Shown: positions 10,871 to 24,611, counted from the whole stretch's first letter. The stretch: DNA of 63,908 bases, filler included, from Reticulomyxa filosa (GCA_000512085.1; 26 parts of 26 records of this genome joined end to end with filler, not necessarily neighbours in it), one strand, 5' to 3'. The notes: generated by a model from the sequence alone, not told the origin. Numbers and translations are program-made.

Positions 10871-13727
10871 TAAGAAATTACAAGATTAAAAAGATTGTTA
10901 GATGAAAAAGAAGATATATCAAAAATAAAAAAAGAATGTTCTGAAATTAAGAGAATATTTGGAGTAGAAGAAGAAGAAAATATTTTTGCACTTATTGGAT
11001 ATATTTTTTATATACTGAATTTATTGTAAGTAAAATAGCATGTTTGTTTGGGCTTTGTCATAAACCAGATCAATTTCAACATATACATATATTAAAGATA
11101 ATTTCATTTCGAAATGCCAAGACTGATCTAAATAAGTTAATTTTCTGGAAACCAGTTAAACTTTGTGAAAAGATTCTTTCAATCTCACACACTTTTGTTC
11201 AAAAAGGCGTATAATTTTAAACCNNNNNNNNNNNNNNNNNNNNNNNNNNNNNNNNNNNNNNNNNNNNTTAATTAATTAANNNNNNNNNNNNNNNNNNNNN
11301 NNNNNNNNNNNNNNNNNNNNNNNTACATAACATAACATCCTGCGCGTGCAAGTGAATGAATTAAGATTATAGAACATAAATGGGGACAACATAACTAGTA
11401 AAACCGAAAAAAGATAAAGAGGCAGTTTTGCAAAACGAAGACGAAGATATTGAGCTTTATAAATTATATGTATACTTAACTGATGATAGTACTGAAGAAG
11501 AAACCGCAAATGAATATGAGTATGACGTGCTAGCATGATCAACAATATGACGAAAGCGAACAATTGAATGAAAAGAGTTGTTACAAGTCAAACTATAGCA
11601 TCAGTGCCAGTTATAGCAGCAACAACAAAAGCATCACAGTCAGTTTCATCGGCCATTACAAGTAACATTGACTATATTTCACCGTTGTTACCGTTGTCTC
11701 GAATATACACTCTAAAATTGATGTCAATAACAATTTCGTCATATGTCATTGTACATGTAGTCATCAATAAGTTGCTAATAGTTTTTTTCTTCTATATTTT
11801 TTTGACAAAAAAAAAGTATTAGAAAAAATATGATCCAAACAGCAGTTGGAAGTGAACTATTGCTTTACAGAAAAGCGAAATTGATAACACCGATGACATT
11901 AATATCTGTATATGCATATGTATATAAATTTGGTGTAAATAATATGCGGTCTGCGGTGACAAAAGAGTGATAGTGAGCATATATGAGGGGATGGGCAAGT
12001 GTAGATTGCAGATTGCGATTTTTTTGGGATTGGATGTGTCAAACCTAAAGTGATTGTCGACATTGAGCGATTGGTCTAGTTTCAATACTCGCTCGTAATT
12101 CAAAGCGGCACAAAGTTGCCCAAAATGGTTTCCAATGCATTACACACGAGCGACTGGAGCTACTTACATCTTGCGACACTAATGAACAAAATTATTACAC
12201 AAATTTTTGGATCAGCGCAGCATTGGGTCAAAGGTCCGCACAAAGCAATAATGTTGCTATCTCCAATATGTAAAGGCAGGACTTTCATTGTTGATTTTGG
12301 AAACATATGTTCGCAAATGCTAAGCCAGAAAATTAGTTGTTGCTTGTCAAAACGTTTCTATAGCCTCTGGGGATGTAGAGCGGATGGAGATGATCCTTTG
12401 ACAATTCAAAAAGCATACATGCAAATTCGGCTGGAGAAACGGCTATAACATTGTTTTGATCTGATATTGTGATCTTTAAGAAACAAAGGATTGTCCCATT
12501 GTTGATTTCATTGGATCTCTTCAAAATCAAATCGATAATGTACTTTGTAACTTTAGAATATTAATCTCCTTCAATTGTTTTTGAATCGCTTCAATTTCCA
12601 ATTCAATGGCCTTTTTTTGTTTGAGATCACTTTCAGCTTCTTTGCTTGTATCCCCATCCTTTTTCCGTTCCGCATTGGAGTCGTTGTCACCTTTGGCAAT
12701 TTTCACTAACTCTTGGGACAAATCTCGAGCTCTTGACTTATACTTTTCATCGCTTCGATGACTTCGTCTTTGCTAGTTTCTTAATTTTATTTTATTTTAT
12801 TATTTTTTTTCAGATTTTTTTCTACAAGAAAATATAAGTAACTATCTTGAATTTTGTCTAATCATGTCGAAAGACAATTTCATCCAATATGGCATAAAAG
12901 CATTGCGGACGCCATCTTGTACTTTGTGTCGCCAACATTGCAGCAATACATGAATGTAAAGACATCTTCGTTGTTGTCAATGAAAGCATTGAGCTTGGCA
13001 ATGTGTTCGGATAACATATCGTCGATGAGTTGTCGTAAATCTTTTATAGTTTCGAGATTGGATCCGGTTCATTGCAATTGTAAGTCGGGTTTCCAAAAGC
13101 GTTGAAACACTTTTATTTCAACTTCCACAAACATGCCCCAAGCTCACAAATATTTCCAATTTGTCGCCTGCTCATCATTGCCGATAGCCCGATTCCACAA
13201 TACAGATCAAAATGGATGCACTTCGCTGGTTCTATCATGATCAACAAGACCACTACACTTTCAAACAGACACCAATCAAAGTGGACAAGTCCCTCCGACA
13301 TGTCCAAGTGATACTACAACACTGTCTTGGACCCTTTTAATTTCAACTAGCTGGTTTCGTATTTGCGCGTTGCTCCATTAGTGTCAATGGAAACCAAGAG
13401 TTGTAAATATCCTGGCCTTGCTTCGTCTCAATCACTTTTTGACTAGTTTGGCGATCCATTGCGATATCGCAAATTGTGGATTAGCACTTGTCATAGTGCC
13501 GCATAAGATGCTACCAAACGACTCGCATTGCGGTGGATATACTAGGATACAAATCTAAAATCTATCATCCTGCTTGTATCCAATGAGTAGTTGGATCGTC
13601 TGGGTCATCACTCCCGCGCTTGTCCATGCATTACAAGATAAACTTGCATGTTAATAGGTCTTAATTGGGCCTCACTAACAACTATCAACAAATATTTAAT
13701 CACTCCGATTTAGTGTGGTCTCAATTG

Positions 13728-14468
<741 letters not shown>

Positions 14469-16135
14469 CTAAAAATAAAAGATATTTCGTATTTTTTTTT
14501 CATTTTTTAAAGAAAAAGAAAAAAATAATCTTTACAAAATAGAATTATGCTAAACAAATGCAAAAATTTATTTAATGTATTCGAATCAAGCATTCTATGT
14601 AAATTGCTGATTTGTTATAAAGTTTTGATCTTTATTTATTTAATGTATCAGCCATTGCCAATTGAAATAACTGTTCAACAGTGTTTTTTGAAATTCTTTT
14701 ACAGTAAATTGCAAAAAAAACTGTCATACCTAAATGGCACTATGTGAAGATAATCGATTTTCTTCATGAAAAATAAAGATTTAAACCTAATTTTTTTTTA
14801 AAAAAATATCTACTAATATTGTCGTTTTTAAATATGAAATTGGTTTTATGATAAGTTTTTTCTAGGTTGATCAAAAATATGATTTTTTGAAATGATTTTT
14901 AAAAATTTCGAAGGACTTCATATAANNNNNNNNNNNNNNNNNNNNNNNNNNNNNNNNNNNNNNNNNNNNTTAATTAATTAANNNNNNNNNNNNNNNNNNN
15001 NNNNNNNNNNNNNNNNNNNNNNNNNTGGTAATTTGTTTTGGAAGGGGTTTTTATTTGTTCATTTAATTTTTATTTATGGAAACATCGATGGAATATTCTC
15101 TTTATTCCAAACTATATTTTTTGATTTTATTCCAATATAAAACTATATTTTAGTGCAAGCACCAACTAGCAGTCAAATTGGCACAGCTGTGGGATAGCTT
15201 TCAATCTGAAGAGTTGGAGGAAGACAAGTTCTCAGCTAGAATGTGTACGGGTTTAGAATAAGGATAATTTTCTGCGTTGTTTTTATGAGGTCTTATCTAG
15301 CGTTTTCATTGTCAGTCTTTCTGGTCCTTTTCGATCATATTTCTATTTGTTTAAAAAACAAAACAAAAGAACAATACAATCAGCACAAAAATTTTCATTA
15401 GACGGTGCACATTACTTTGCAAAATCTTTCGCCTTTTTTCTTTGACAAAAAAAATTATAAATAATACAAATTGTAAGAATTTTTATAGTTTAGTTATATT
15501 GGTATCGCAAGATATTTAACATTTCTAATTTCTATTTTTAATTATTTATTCAAATGCTTTCCACAAATGTTATGAACATATAGTAATATAAATTATTCTA
15601 CTGGGGCATAATTCATTTTTAATTATATTAGCAAAAATTGTACAAAATAATATATCTACAAATTTAATATTTTGTATCTTCACAGATATTTTTACTCTTG
15701 GTTATAATGACTTCGTTTGCTCGCTATGAAATTGAATTGAACAATAGCAAAGCATTTAATTGAAATAGTATATTTTAAAAAAAATCATCAAACAAACCCA
15801 AATTGCAAAAAAAAGTTACAGTTGTCATAAAGGTAAAAATGTGAATGGTTTCTCTTTTGAGCAAAGTAAAAAAAGTTAAACTAAGAAAAAATTCAAAAAA
15901 AGGAAAATGAGAAATTTAGTGAAGTTTTCTCTTCAGCTTTAGACTTTGAAGCTAGCAATTAAAATATGCGCTTGTAGCAAATTTTAACGTACCTACTATT
16001 CTTTATGTTGACTTTAAAAAAAAAATAATTATATGAAAACTTGAGCCAAAGTATCATTGAATGTTTAATTGTTTGACATTTTTTTCTGGCTAAATTATGA
16101 ACAGTTTGTTGTCTTATACACAATGCGACAAGTAA

Positions 16136-16507
16136 CTAATACTTTAGGCTATTTGCTATAAATTCTTTGAACTGTTGTAAAGTATAGTTGCTTGTTTCTT
16201 GGATGGTTGAACTTTCAAATCGAATACCAAGGGGCTGAAACGTTGACAAAATTTGATGTCCAGTCACATGTCCTTTGAAGGATGGATTTTCAAGCAATGA
16301 AAACAAAGTTACTGATTCTTCTTCATCCAGTAATGAAGTATTTGGATCCAATAAATCTTTACTTTTGTCTTGAAGCACTTCACTAATGTATTTTTTAGGA
16401 TCATTAGGTCGATTTACTAGCAATAAAACTGTCAAACGGCTAAAGATTTGAGGGATTTGATTTTCAACAAAATATCTCTTCACTTCCTCTTTCTCAGAAT
16501 ATGACAT
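16136..16507 (-). CDS. EFCAB10-like protein (RIIa/Dpy-30-type docking domain plus degenerate EF-hand)
   Basis: YFVENQIPQIFSRLTVLLLVNRPNDPKKYISEVL is a DD-domain pattern, followed by LLDEEESVTLFSLLENPSFKGHVT. Intact 123-aa ORF. Confidence 0.75.
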   Translation of the reverse strand: MSYSEKEEVKRYFVENQIPQIFSRLTVLLLVNRPNDPKKYISEVLQDKSKDLLDPNTSLLDEEESVTLFSLLENPSFKGHVTGHQILSTFQPLGIRFESSTIQETSNYTLQQFKEFIANSLKY

Positions 16508-16784
16508 TAGATCTTTTTCTTTTTTTATATCTTAACTTCACAACTCGTTTGAGCAAAATCAATTATTTTGATGTCAAATAAAACTCACTTTGTTGAATAT
16601 TTTTGAATAAACTTGTGTTATATTTGATGAATTTTATTTCAAGAATTTGATGTAAGAGGAAAGAAAAACAAAAACTGAATCAACAAATGTTGAAAACATC
16701 ACTAATTTGCATTAACAGTGCTCGGTGTTAAATCAAATGTATTTCGTGGGTTGAGAAATCAGTTTGTATACAAATAAAAAGTTA

Positions 16785-17951
16785 TTAAAATACATAGTCC
16801 CAAAGTTGCTGATGAACAATAGAGTTTTTGTCTGTCATTCGCACAAACACATCTTCATCACTCAAAGTTTTGATATGTTTCCATTTAAATTGCTCCCATT
16901 TGGTTAATGCACTGTGAAAAGTTCGACTGAATTGTGCTCTGTGCTTATCGCCAATGGAATGAGAAAACGCTCTTGCGGCTATCCAGTCAAATTGATGAAA
17001 CTGTAAAGGAAAGTGAAAAGGGGCCAGATCCTGTTTACCATTTCTATTTTTGCTTGAATTTTTTTGAAGCAAGCGCACACGTTTCCAGGAATATTCCACG
17101 GCTTCTTGTAGCACTTTGAACATATAGCCGAGATTATGAAAAGGGAGGGACATTAAAATGCGAATGAACTTGATGCCAGCAACCCAAAACATCTGATAAC
17201 AGTTAAGAATGACAGTTCCCAGGGAGTTGATGCTTCCATCCAGCAGTAACGGCAAGATTTTTTGTTGAAGAGTCTGGCACAATTTCCGTAACACAAATGT
17301 GCCATTGGAGCAGTCAGAGGATTGGGACACCATGGAATTTATTATATCTATTTGAATGTCATTGTGTACATAAAAATGCAAATTAAAGCCAAATCTTAAG
17401 CTAATCTCAGCTGTTCAAACATGTATTTTCTTTCCTTAGTACCTCGAGTGTGTTCTCGATGGCAAAGCCGAACTTCAAAAGTTTTGGTATTCCACAAATA
17501 TCCACACCATTGAATCCAGTTATTTTCTGAAACAAGGACAAATTGAACAGAGATCCAATTACAAAGCGTGAAAAACATAAGAAGGTTGTGTGAAAAACGA
17601 TATAACAAAACAGTGTCAAACTCGAAATGTGCGAAGGGTTGATTCCGTTCAGTTCAAAGTTGGCACAAGTTTTGTCAGGATTTGCCATAACGTGATAGTG
17701 GTTAATGCCCGCGTGCAAAATCCGCGCAAAAGCGACAGCTTCTTCTCTGCTGGTCGTGAGAAAGATGGAATCATCAACGTGTCGCATAAGCAATCGCAGG
17801 ATGGGTTTGGATACGTCCATTGGAATCGCACTGGCTTGAGAATTGGTCCAACGGGAGGGTATGTCGGGTGAATTGGAACTGTCGCCATTGTCCACACGAG
17901 GTAGTCCATCGCTAAGTGTATCCATTTGCGTTTGTGCTCGTGCTCGTGCTC
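16785..17951 (-). CDS. TERT: Telomerase reverse transcriptase, 3' part (5'-truncated by contig end); exons 17951-17622, 17526-17443, 17347-16785
   Basis: Motif C LLMRHVDDSIFLTTS; motif D AFARILHAGINHYHVMANPDKTCANF; motif E WIQWCGYLWNTKTFEVRL; CTE KILPLLLDGSINSLGTVILNCYQMFWVAGIKFIRILMSLPF. Two phase-1 GT-AG introns (17527-17621, 17348-17442), both 95 nt, join three ORF-track fragments into one frame. Confidence 0.93.
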
Positions 17952-18051
17952 NNNNNNNNNNNNNNNNNNNNNNNNNNNNNNNNNNNNNNNNNNNNTTAAT
18001 TAATTAANNNNNNNNNNNNNNNNNNNNNNNNNNNNNNNNNNNNNNNNNNNN

Positions 18052-18088
<37 letters not shown>

Positions 18089-18112
18089 CAATCGAAAGAG
18101 TGGAAGGACACA

Positions 18113-19354
18113 ATGGGAACGGACAAGCCAAGCAAAAAAGGGGACAACAATGAAAAAGAAAAAGAGAAGGATAAAGGGAGCAAGCAGGCGATGATGCAAC
18201 ACATGGAGAAGCCAACGCATGGCAAAGGAGCGCTGTCGGTGTTCACGATGGAGGACGTGAGTGCATTGGACCATTCGAAAATAAGCTCGCAGCTGTCCGG
18301 GATAAAGACGAAGGAGGGACTGGTGCAACAGTTGCAAGCAGCGAACTACAAAGTGGCAACGAAAAAGGCGGCGCATGAAGAAAAGGTGGTGAGATCGAGG
18401 AAGGAATTGATGGACATGTCTTTGCAATATCGAGACGAAAAGACGCTTTGGAGGAAATATGCGGTGATCGAATTGCAGGACCTTTGCGAGGTGTATTACA
18501 AAGCGAAAATGAAATACTATCATACGATCATTGATGTGGAAATGAAATATGCCGAGACGTGTCAAGTGAAATATGAAAAATTGGACAAGTCGTTGACAGC
18601 AGTGAGTGGACATTTGTCGCAATGGACCTTGGAGGATGTCCGCTCGTCGGTGCTGCAAGCCCTCGAAATCGCGTACAGCATTCGACTATCCAAGGAGGTG
18701 ATGGAAAAGCGAGATGAGCTGAAAAGCATTCAGGTCGTGTTGGATGAGTACGAAAAGGAGTATCTTTTGCTGAAACAAGAAAAGGGAAATAGTCACGTGG
18801 ATATGACACTTCGATCGCACGAAGTCATCAAATACTTGACTGAACTCATTGGCGTCAAAAGAAATTTTGATAAGGCCTCCAAAGACAAGTCCGATAAAAG
18901 TACCTCTCATAGTCACACTTTAGAAGAAATTGATGAGTTTGTCCATGTTGTTTTAGACGAAAAAAAGCGCCGTCAGATTCAATGCTATATTTTGGATGAA
19001 AGGGTCAAGGAAGGAATAATGTGCAAAACATTCCGAGAAAGTACTTCCAAAAATGCCAAGAATACTACTTTGGAAGAAATTTATGAGTTCGTTGAAAGTT
19101 TGATTGCACAGTTCACTCAACAGTCTTTTCCCATTGACAAATTATTCAATGGCAAAGATCTTTCACTAGTTCAGGCGTTCGTTAAAGTACTAGTTTATGA
19201 TTGCGTTTTTATACACATTTTTGTTGTTCGGGACGCTGTCCGCATTTGTCTTGACAGCGACAGAGGCAAACAAGAGTACAAACAACTCAAAAAAATCAAA
19301 CACTTTGCCTATTTTATCATCAGAGTGGATACATCTGTTGGTTCCAAAACTTAA
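18113..19354 (+). CDS. Hypothetical coiled-coil protein (possibly 5'-partial)
   Basis: Uninterrupted 413-aa ORF, K/E-rich and helical, with elevated GC. No recognised domain. Confidence 0.75.
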   Translation: MGTDKPSKKGDNNEKEKEKDKGSKQAMMQHMEKPTHGKGALSVFTMEDVSALDHSKISSQLSGIKTKEGLVQQLQAANYKVATKKAAHEEKVVRSRKELMDMSLQYRDEKTLWRKYAVIELQDLCEVYYKAKMKYYHTIIDVEMKYAETCQVKYEKLDKSLTAVSGHLSQWTLEDVRSSVLQALEIAYSIRLSKEVMEKRDELKSIQVVLDEYEKEYLLLKQEKGNSHVDMTLRSHEVIKYLTELIGVKRNFDKASKDKSDKSTSHSHTLEEIDEFVHVVLDEKKRRQIQCYILDERVKEGIMCKTFRESTSKNAKNTTLEEIYEFVESLIAQFTQQSFPIDKLFNGKDLSLVQAFVKVLVYDCVFIHIFVVRDAVRICLDSDRGKQEYKQLKKIKHFAYFIIRVDTSVGSKT

Positions 19355-19981
19355 ACTGCTTTTATATTCAGATTCAAACTTTAAAGCAAAACAAAGATTT
19401 TTTTTATTACTTTTGTATTTGTGAGTGTCTGCGTGTGTTTATAAAAAACAATGAACTATGCTTGTTCTTTATTTTTCAAACTGCGAGCATTTTTCTTTTG
19501 TTTTCGCGGCTTCAACAATCAGTATCTGTCTTGTACAAGTTCACTAAAAACTAAACTTTTACCGATATTGCAGTTCTTGTAATAAAATTTATAATTTTTA
19601 AAAATTTTTTAAAACCTTAATTAATAACTGAAATGAAGTTGATTTTTACAAAGTTAATTTCAATATGTTTGATGATAATATTAACAAATGCAAAGAGAAT
19701 TTTGAGAGAAAAAAAGAAATTTTTGATACAATATGTAACAGATGAAGCAACGTAAACAAATCCAATCAAGGCTCATCATTTAGCAATGTCTTTTTATCAT
19801 TTTCTACAAATGGTAATCCATATGTGGTAGTGTACGTTCCCGCAATTTCAATTGCAGTTCCCGATTCTTCCAGAAAAGCAANNNNNNNNNNNNNNNNNNN
19901 NNNNNNNNNNNNNNNNNNNNNNNNNTTAATTAATTAANNNNNNNNNNNNNNNNNNNNNNNNNNNNNNNNNNNNNNNNNNNN

Positions 19982-21140
19982 TGTTGTTGTTGTTGCTGTT
20001 GCTGTGACTCACCTATCGTACTCGTGGCTACAATTGAGTCAATTGGCACCGACTCACGTTCAATGATTATCTCCGTTGTTGTCGTCGTCGTCGTCGTCGT
20101 CGTCGTGTCGCCATTTGCAAATGCTTGCTCGTGTTGGCCTTCCAATCGCACGCTGTCTTGCGCATTTCTGGTTTGCACCTCGTCCAGAATGTCCAATTGC
20201 CCTTGGATCGCCACCACTGTTTGTCTTTCCAACGCTTCGCTCACTGGTCTTCTTTGTTCCAATTCGTTGCTTTCCTTCATTGGTTCGCTCGGGTCATTCA
20301 CTTCCATTACTTATGGAATGTACGGGTATGTGTACATATTTTTTGTTGTATACGTATACAAATTTACATATAAGTATTTGTATTGTAGGCTTTTTTTTTT
20401 TTTTTTATTTGCTTGTTTTGTTTTGTTTTGATGTAAAATAACTTGCAATGTTTCTGCTTGCAGCTTTTTTCTTTTGTCGCAGACAACAGTTGACGACTAT
20501 TACAACAACTGCGATGCACAACGCTACAAACGTCCCGCCTAAAAATAGCAGTGTCACCAGCTTTGAAACCCCCCATTTTTTACTGGCATTTGATCCTGTG
20601 GAAGAAGTCAATTTGTTGTTGCCAAGGGTTTATGCAAATTTTTTTTTTTTTTTTTTTTATTAAAATGATGTATACGTAGTGTGCACGTTAAGAATTTTTG
20701 AATGGAAAAAGAAGCAAAGAGGGGATCGAAGTTCGATATTCTATACGTATATATACTTATCACTTTTTTTTTTTACCTGAAGTATCGGCCCTTGTTCTTG
20801 TGGAAGAGATTCCCTCCGTGGAATCCCCTACATCGGATGTTGTGGTCGAACTTGGCTCTGGTGATGTGGATAGAGATACCTCATTTGAAATGTTACACTT
20901 GAATTGAAAAAGGTTATTCACCAACAAATATGTTATGTTCGATGTACTCGACCAACTGCGACTGATTAGAATATCAACTCCTTCCGTACACTGCAGTACT
21001 TCTGAACGCTTCCAAGGCATCTTCCTTGCAGGTATCACATTACAAGACACTATCACCAGACTTGCCGTCTGGTTCACGCAACAAGTGACCGAAGAGCCCA
21101 GGCCAAACAAACAAAAATATATAAAAAAGAGGCGCAGCAT
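19982..21140 (-). CDS. Type I membrane protein (signal peptide, S/T-rich ectodomain, TM, low-complexity tail), 3 exons, 3'-partial
   Basis: MLRLFFIYFCLFGLGSS signal; N-x-S/T sites; TM LVTLLFLGGTFVALCIAVVVIVVNCC followed by RQKKK; tail with poly-T and poly-Q. Confidence 0.7.
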
Positions 21141-21959
21141 GGCTAGTATATTGACTTATTTTTTTTATGAATGTTTTTGGTAATCGTCTGCTAATTGTTA
21201 CAAAAAGGAGCTGTGTTGCCCAAACTTGAACATTGCGTTTAAAACAAACAGGACGAAAGCAAGTGTGTTGTTTAAAGACGCTTGGAGAGAAGTTGTTTAT
21301 ATTTATTGAAAAACGTAGCGTTGTTGCAATCTGCTTTCCATTTTGTGCAGAACTAAAGTATTAAAGTGTACAAAATGTGTTGAAAACTACAAAACTTGAA
21401 ATAAAAAATCGGGCTATTTAGTCAAAAGGTGTTAATGTATGTATAAATCGACTACAGATAGGTTCACGAAACCAAAAGGACAGTAGTTTTGACTTTTTGA
21501 TACTGATTAACACAAAAGCAAAGCAAACAAACTCAAAAAAAAAAAAAAAAAAATGAGAACGGCATTCCTTCTTCAAATTCTTTGGTATCATACAACTGTA
21601 CTAATCCAAAATAATACAAAAGCACTGAACCATTTTTCCAATAACTCTCTCATCACCCAAAAGAGACAGAACTCCGACCTTTTCAAATCTTTTTCCCAAC
21701 AAAACAATGGAAAGCAAGAAAAAAAAAAAAAAAAAAGAGATACACAAAACTCTGTGTTGATTTATGTACATCTCCAAACCAAATTGTAGTTAACGAATTA
21801 AAAAAAGGAAATTGATTTTGTGTTGTTTTGTTTGAAAGTTGTTTATATTGAATGAGCAGACAAAACAAAGCAAACAAAAAAAAAAAAAAAAACAACAAGC
21901 AAAAGTTAAAAAAAAAAAAAAAAAAAACTAGAAATAATTGAGCATTTGTATCTATCTAT

Positions 21960-22290
21960 TCAACGTTCTCCAGGAGTCCAATTGGCAAAGCCCATCAAAG
22001 TGTCCCCAACGCCATTCATAGGAGCAGATACATGTTTGCTATCTTCCCTGTTGGTGTCGTCCGTTTCAGTGTTGACTCTTTGCATATCCATGGACCCATT
22101 GGTGAGATGGTTAGCTCCATTGCGAGCATTATTGCTGGTATCATTGTTCTCCGAGTCGCCATAGCGATCAGAAGTTTGTGTTGTCCCTCCCCCTTGTTCA
22201 GAGCCATTGGTTTTGTGTTTGTCTATTTCCTCGTCCTTGTTATCCTTCTCAGGTGTTTTCATTTGATCATCCTCTTCTTCGTCAGGAACT
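21960..22290 (-). CDS. Terminal exon of a hypothetical low-complexity protein
   Basis: Open D/N/T-rich frame following a (TA)n intron and AG acceptor; ends in a stop at 21960. Confidence 0.5.
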
Positions 22291-22475
22291 ATTAAACATA
22301 ATATATATATATATATATATACATATATATGTATATATGTAAATGTTATATAGATTACTCCATTTTTTTTTTTTTNNNNNNNNNNNNNNNNNNNNNNNNN
22401 NNNNNNNNNNNNNNNNNNNTTAATTAATTAANNNNNNNNNNNNNNNNNNNNNNNNNNNNNNNNNNNNNNNNNNNN

Positions 22476-24045
22476 TCCGGGTTTTTAAAAACCCGGAATT
22501 CAAACCCTTTCGGTTCCAACTACTGCATATTTCACGAGTTCTTGCGATACTTTGATTCGTGTAGCAGGGTCCCATGTATTTGATCCTATTAAATTTTTTA
22601 AGTTGAATTCATTTTCATTGATATCCGGAATAAGAACCTTGGCTTTTGAAAACTAGTCTTTTCTTATATTATTATATTGTTCGCATTTAATCAGATAATG
22701 TCCTACTGACTATGTTTCATGTTCGCATACTTTGCATTCAGGTGCATCTGATCTTTTAATGAGATATAGATATTCGTTCAACTATACTTTGACTGAAATT
22801 ATTTTGCATATAATTCTGCGTTCATGTACTTGAGATATAGTATCCTCTTTTCAAGCGATAAAGCTTCGATTAAAGTTAGTGCTTTTTCTTTTCATGGTAT
22901 TTTAGATTGTCCTTTGATCCAATATATTTCAGTTGATGACTCCACTCCAAGGTTATATAACATGTTTTGATACTTTTTGATTTGATTTTCATATGTCCCT
23001 GAATTAGTCTTGTTTTTTATTGAATCGATAATAAATTTGCAATCGCTTACTATTATTACTATTTCTTTTTTGTACATGTAGTATGATTTTACATAATCAA
23101 GAGCATGTTTTATTGCCTCTATTTCGCATTTGATGTTTGTAACAATCACATTAATAGGGTATTCAATTTCTATCCATTTTCTGACTGATGGATCTTGAAT
23201 GGTTATTCTGATTCCTCCAAAACCTGAGTTCATAAATGTACTGACATCAACATATATAACAACTGAGCCCCTTTGTAGTGTCGCTAATATTTCTTATGAA
23301 GAAGGCTATGTATGCTGTGGAAAAGGCTTTTAATTGAATAAGAAATATTTTTCCTTTGTGCTAGTGGTATATTGTGACATTGACATTTGTCTGGCATAAC
23401 ATGTGTGATTCTTGCTTTCTCTATGCTCTTGATAGTGTAGATAATTTGCCTTTCCAACAAAAGAACTCTCTATTTGGGACTCTATGGTTTTCTTTCCATA
23501 ATTTGTAGGCAATTTGCAGATTATGTGTATGACATTTATTGGATAAACGGATATATTTGTGATACATTCCAAAATGAGCAAGCATACTCCAGATAAGAAG
23601 TATAATTGTTTTGTAAATTAAGATATACTTGGTTGTATTCCTTTATATGAACACAGATATATTAAATATCCAAGATTTCTATCAACTTTTCCATAAACAT
23701 AGTGTATATATTGCTTATACGTAAGTTTGGAATACATTATAAGTCCCAAGTATTTAACTTGTTCTTATTGAATATATGCTCCATTTAGTTTAATTCTTAG
23801 CATTGGATATTTTCTTTTTTTCTTATTTCTAAATGTGATGAATTGATACTTTTCTGGAGCCAGTTTCATTTTCGATTTAAATCTCCATTCGTTAATCCCA
23901 TTTAGAGTTTCTTGCATTAAATCTAATTGTCTTTTCATTTCATTTTCATCAGATAAATATATGGACGTCCATAGAGCTACGTCGTATGCAAATATTCCAC
24001 ATTGAGTCGGTGCTTTACCATTTCGACTATATCATTTATATATTA
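22476..24045 (-). mobile_element. Degenerate non-LTR retrotransposon (RT C-terminal half, RNase H, CCHC zinc knuckle; I/Ingi-like architecture)
   Basis: RT: INDSRNGKAPTQCGIFAYDVALW (FADD motif decayed) ... KMKLAPEK ... QVKYLGL. RNase H: VIYVDVS...CEIEAIKHAL...IVSDCK...YWIKGQSKIP. Zinc knuckle: CKVCEHET*SVGHYLIKC. Multiple stops and frameshifts. Confidence 0.92.
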
Positions 24046-24238
24046 CACCGATTAAACAAATTAAAACAATGATCAAGATTTGTGACGTCTGCTGATAGTG
24101 TTGGTGCACTAACTATAATACGATAGGTGCTTGCTAAGAAGAGAATAGGTGTGTTCGTAAAATGAAAGTAGTTTAAATAATAAAACAAAATAACAAAAGG
24201 AAAGTAAGAAAAGTAAGAAAGTAAGAAGTGAGTTTGTT

Positions 24239-24315
24239 GAGGAAGTTTAACCTACTGGGGATTCCTCCGTTCCCTTGACGTTCAGATACTTATGATAGGG
24301 ACTTGCCCTACAAAG
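24239..24315 (-). ncRNA. Candidate structured RNA/terminal motif (copy B), 5' of the LINE remnant in sense orientation
   Basis: CTTTGTAGGGCAAGTCCCTA...GAGGAATCCCCAGTAGGTTAAACTTCCTC. Hairpins TAGGG/CCCTA and GAGGAA/TTCCTC. Homologous to 8033-8109. Confidence 0.5.
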
Positions 24316-24611
24316 AAATTATAACAAATCCAAAAAAATCAAAGTTGTTTAAAAAAAAACACAAAGTATATTGGTTTCATCATTAAACATTGAAATATCT
24401 GTAGCAATTAGATGGTTATTTCGAAATATTTGGCATATAACGTTTAATTAATGCGAATAAAAAACAGTGCAATGCTTTAAAAAAAAAATGGTATGATTTT
24501 AATAACGAATCAAAATGCGACAGTCAGAAAAACAGAAAGTAGTAAGGATTTGACTGGAGGGGTTGTTGCTAAGTCTGAGGAATACTTTTTATAGTATTAG
24601 CTGGCATTCCA

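Noticed and set aside
17407-17925. The xDD-containing ORF as a retrotransposon RT
   Set aside because: Motif E WCG, the NPDKT motif D, the TERT C-terminal extension and spliceosomal introns identify telomerase.
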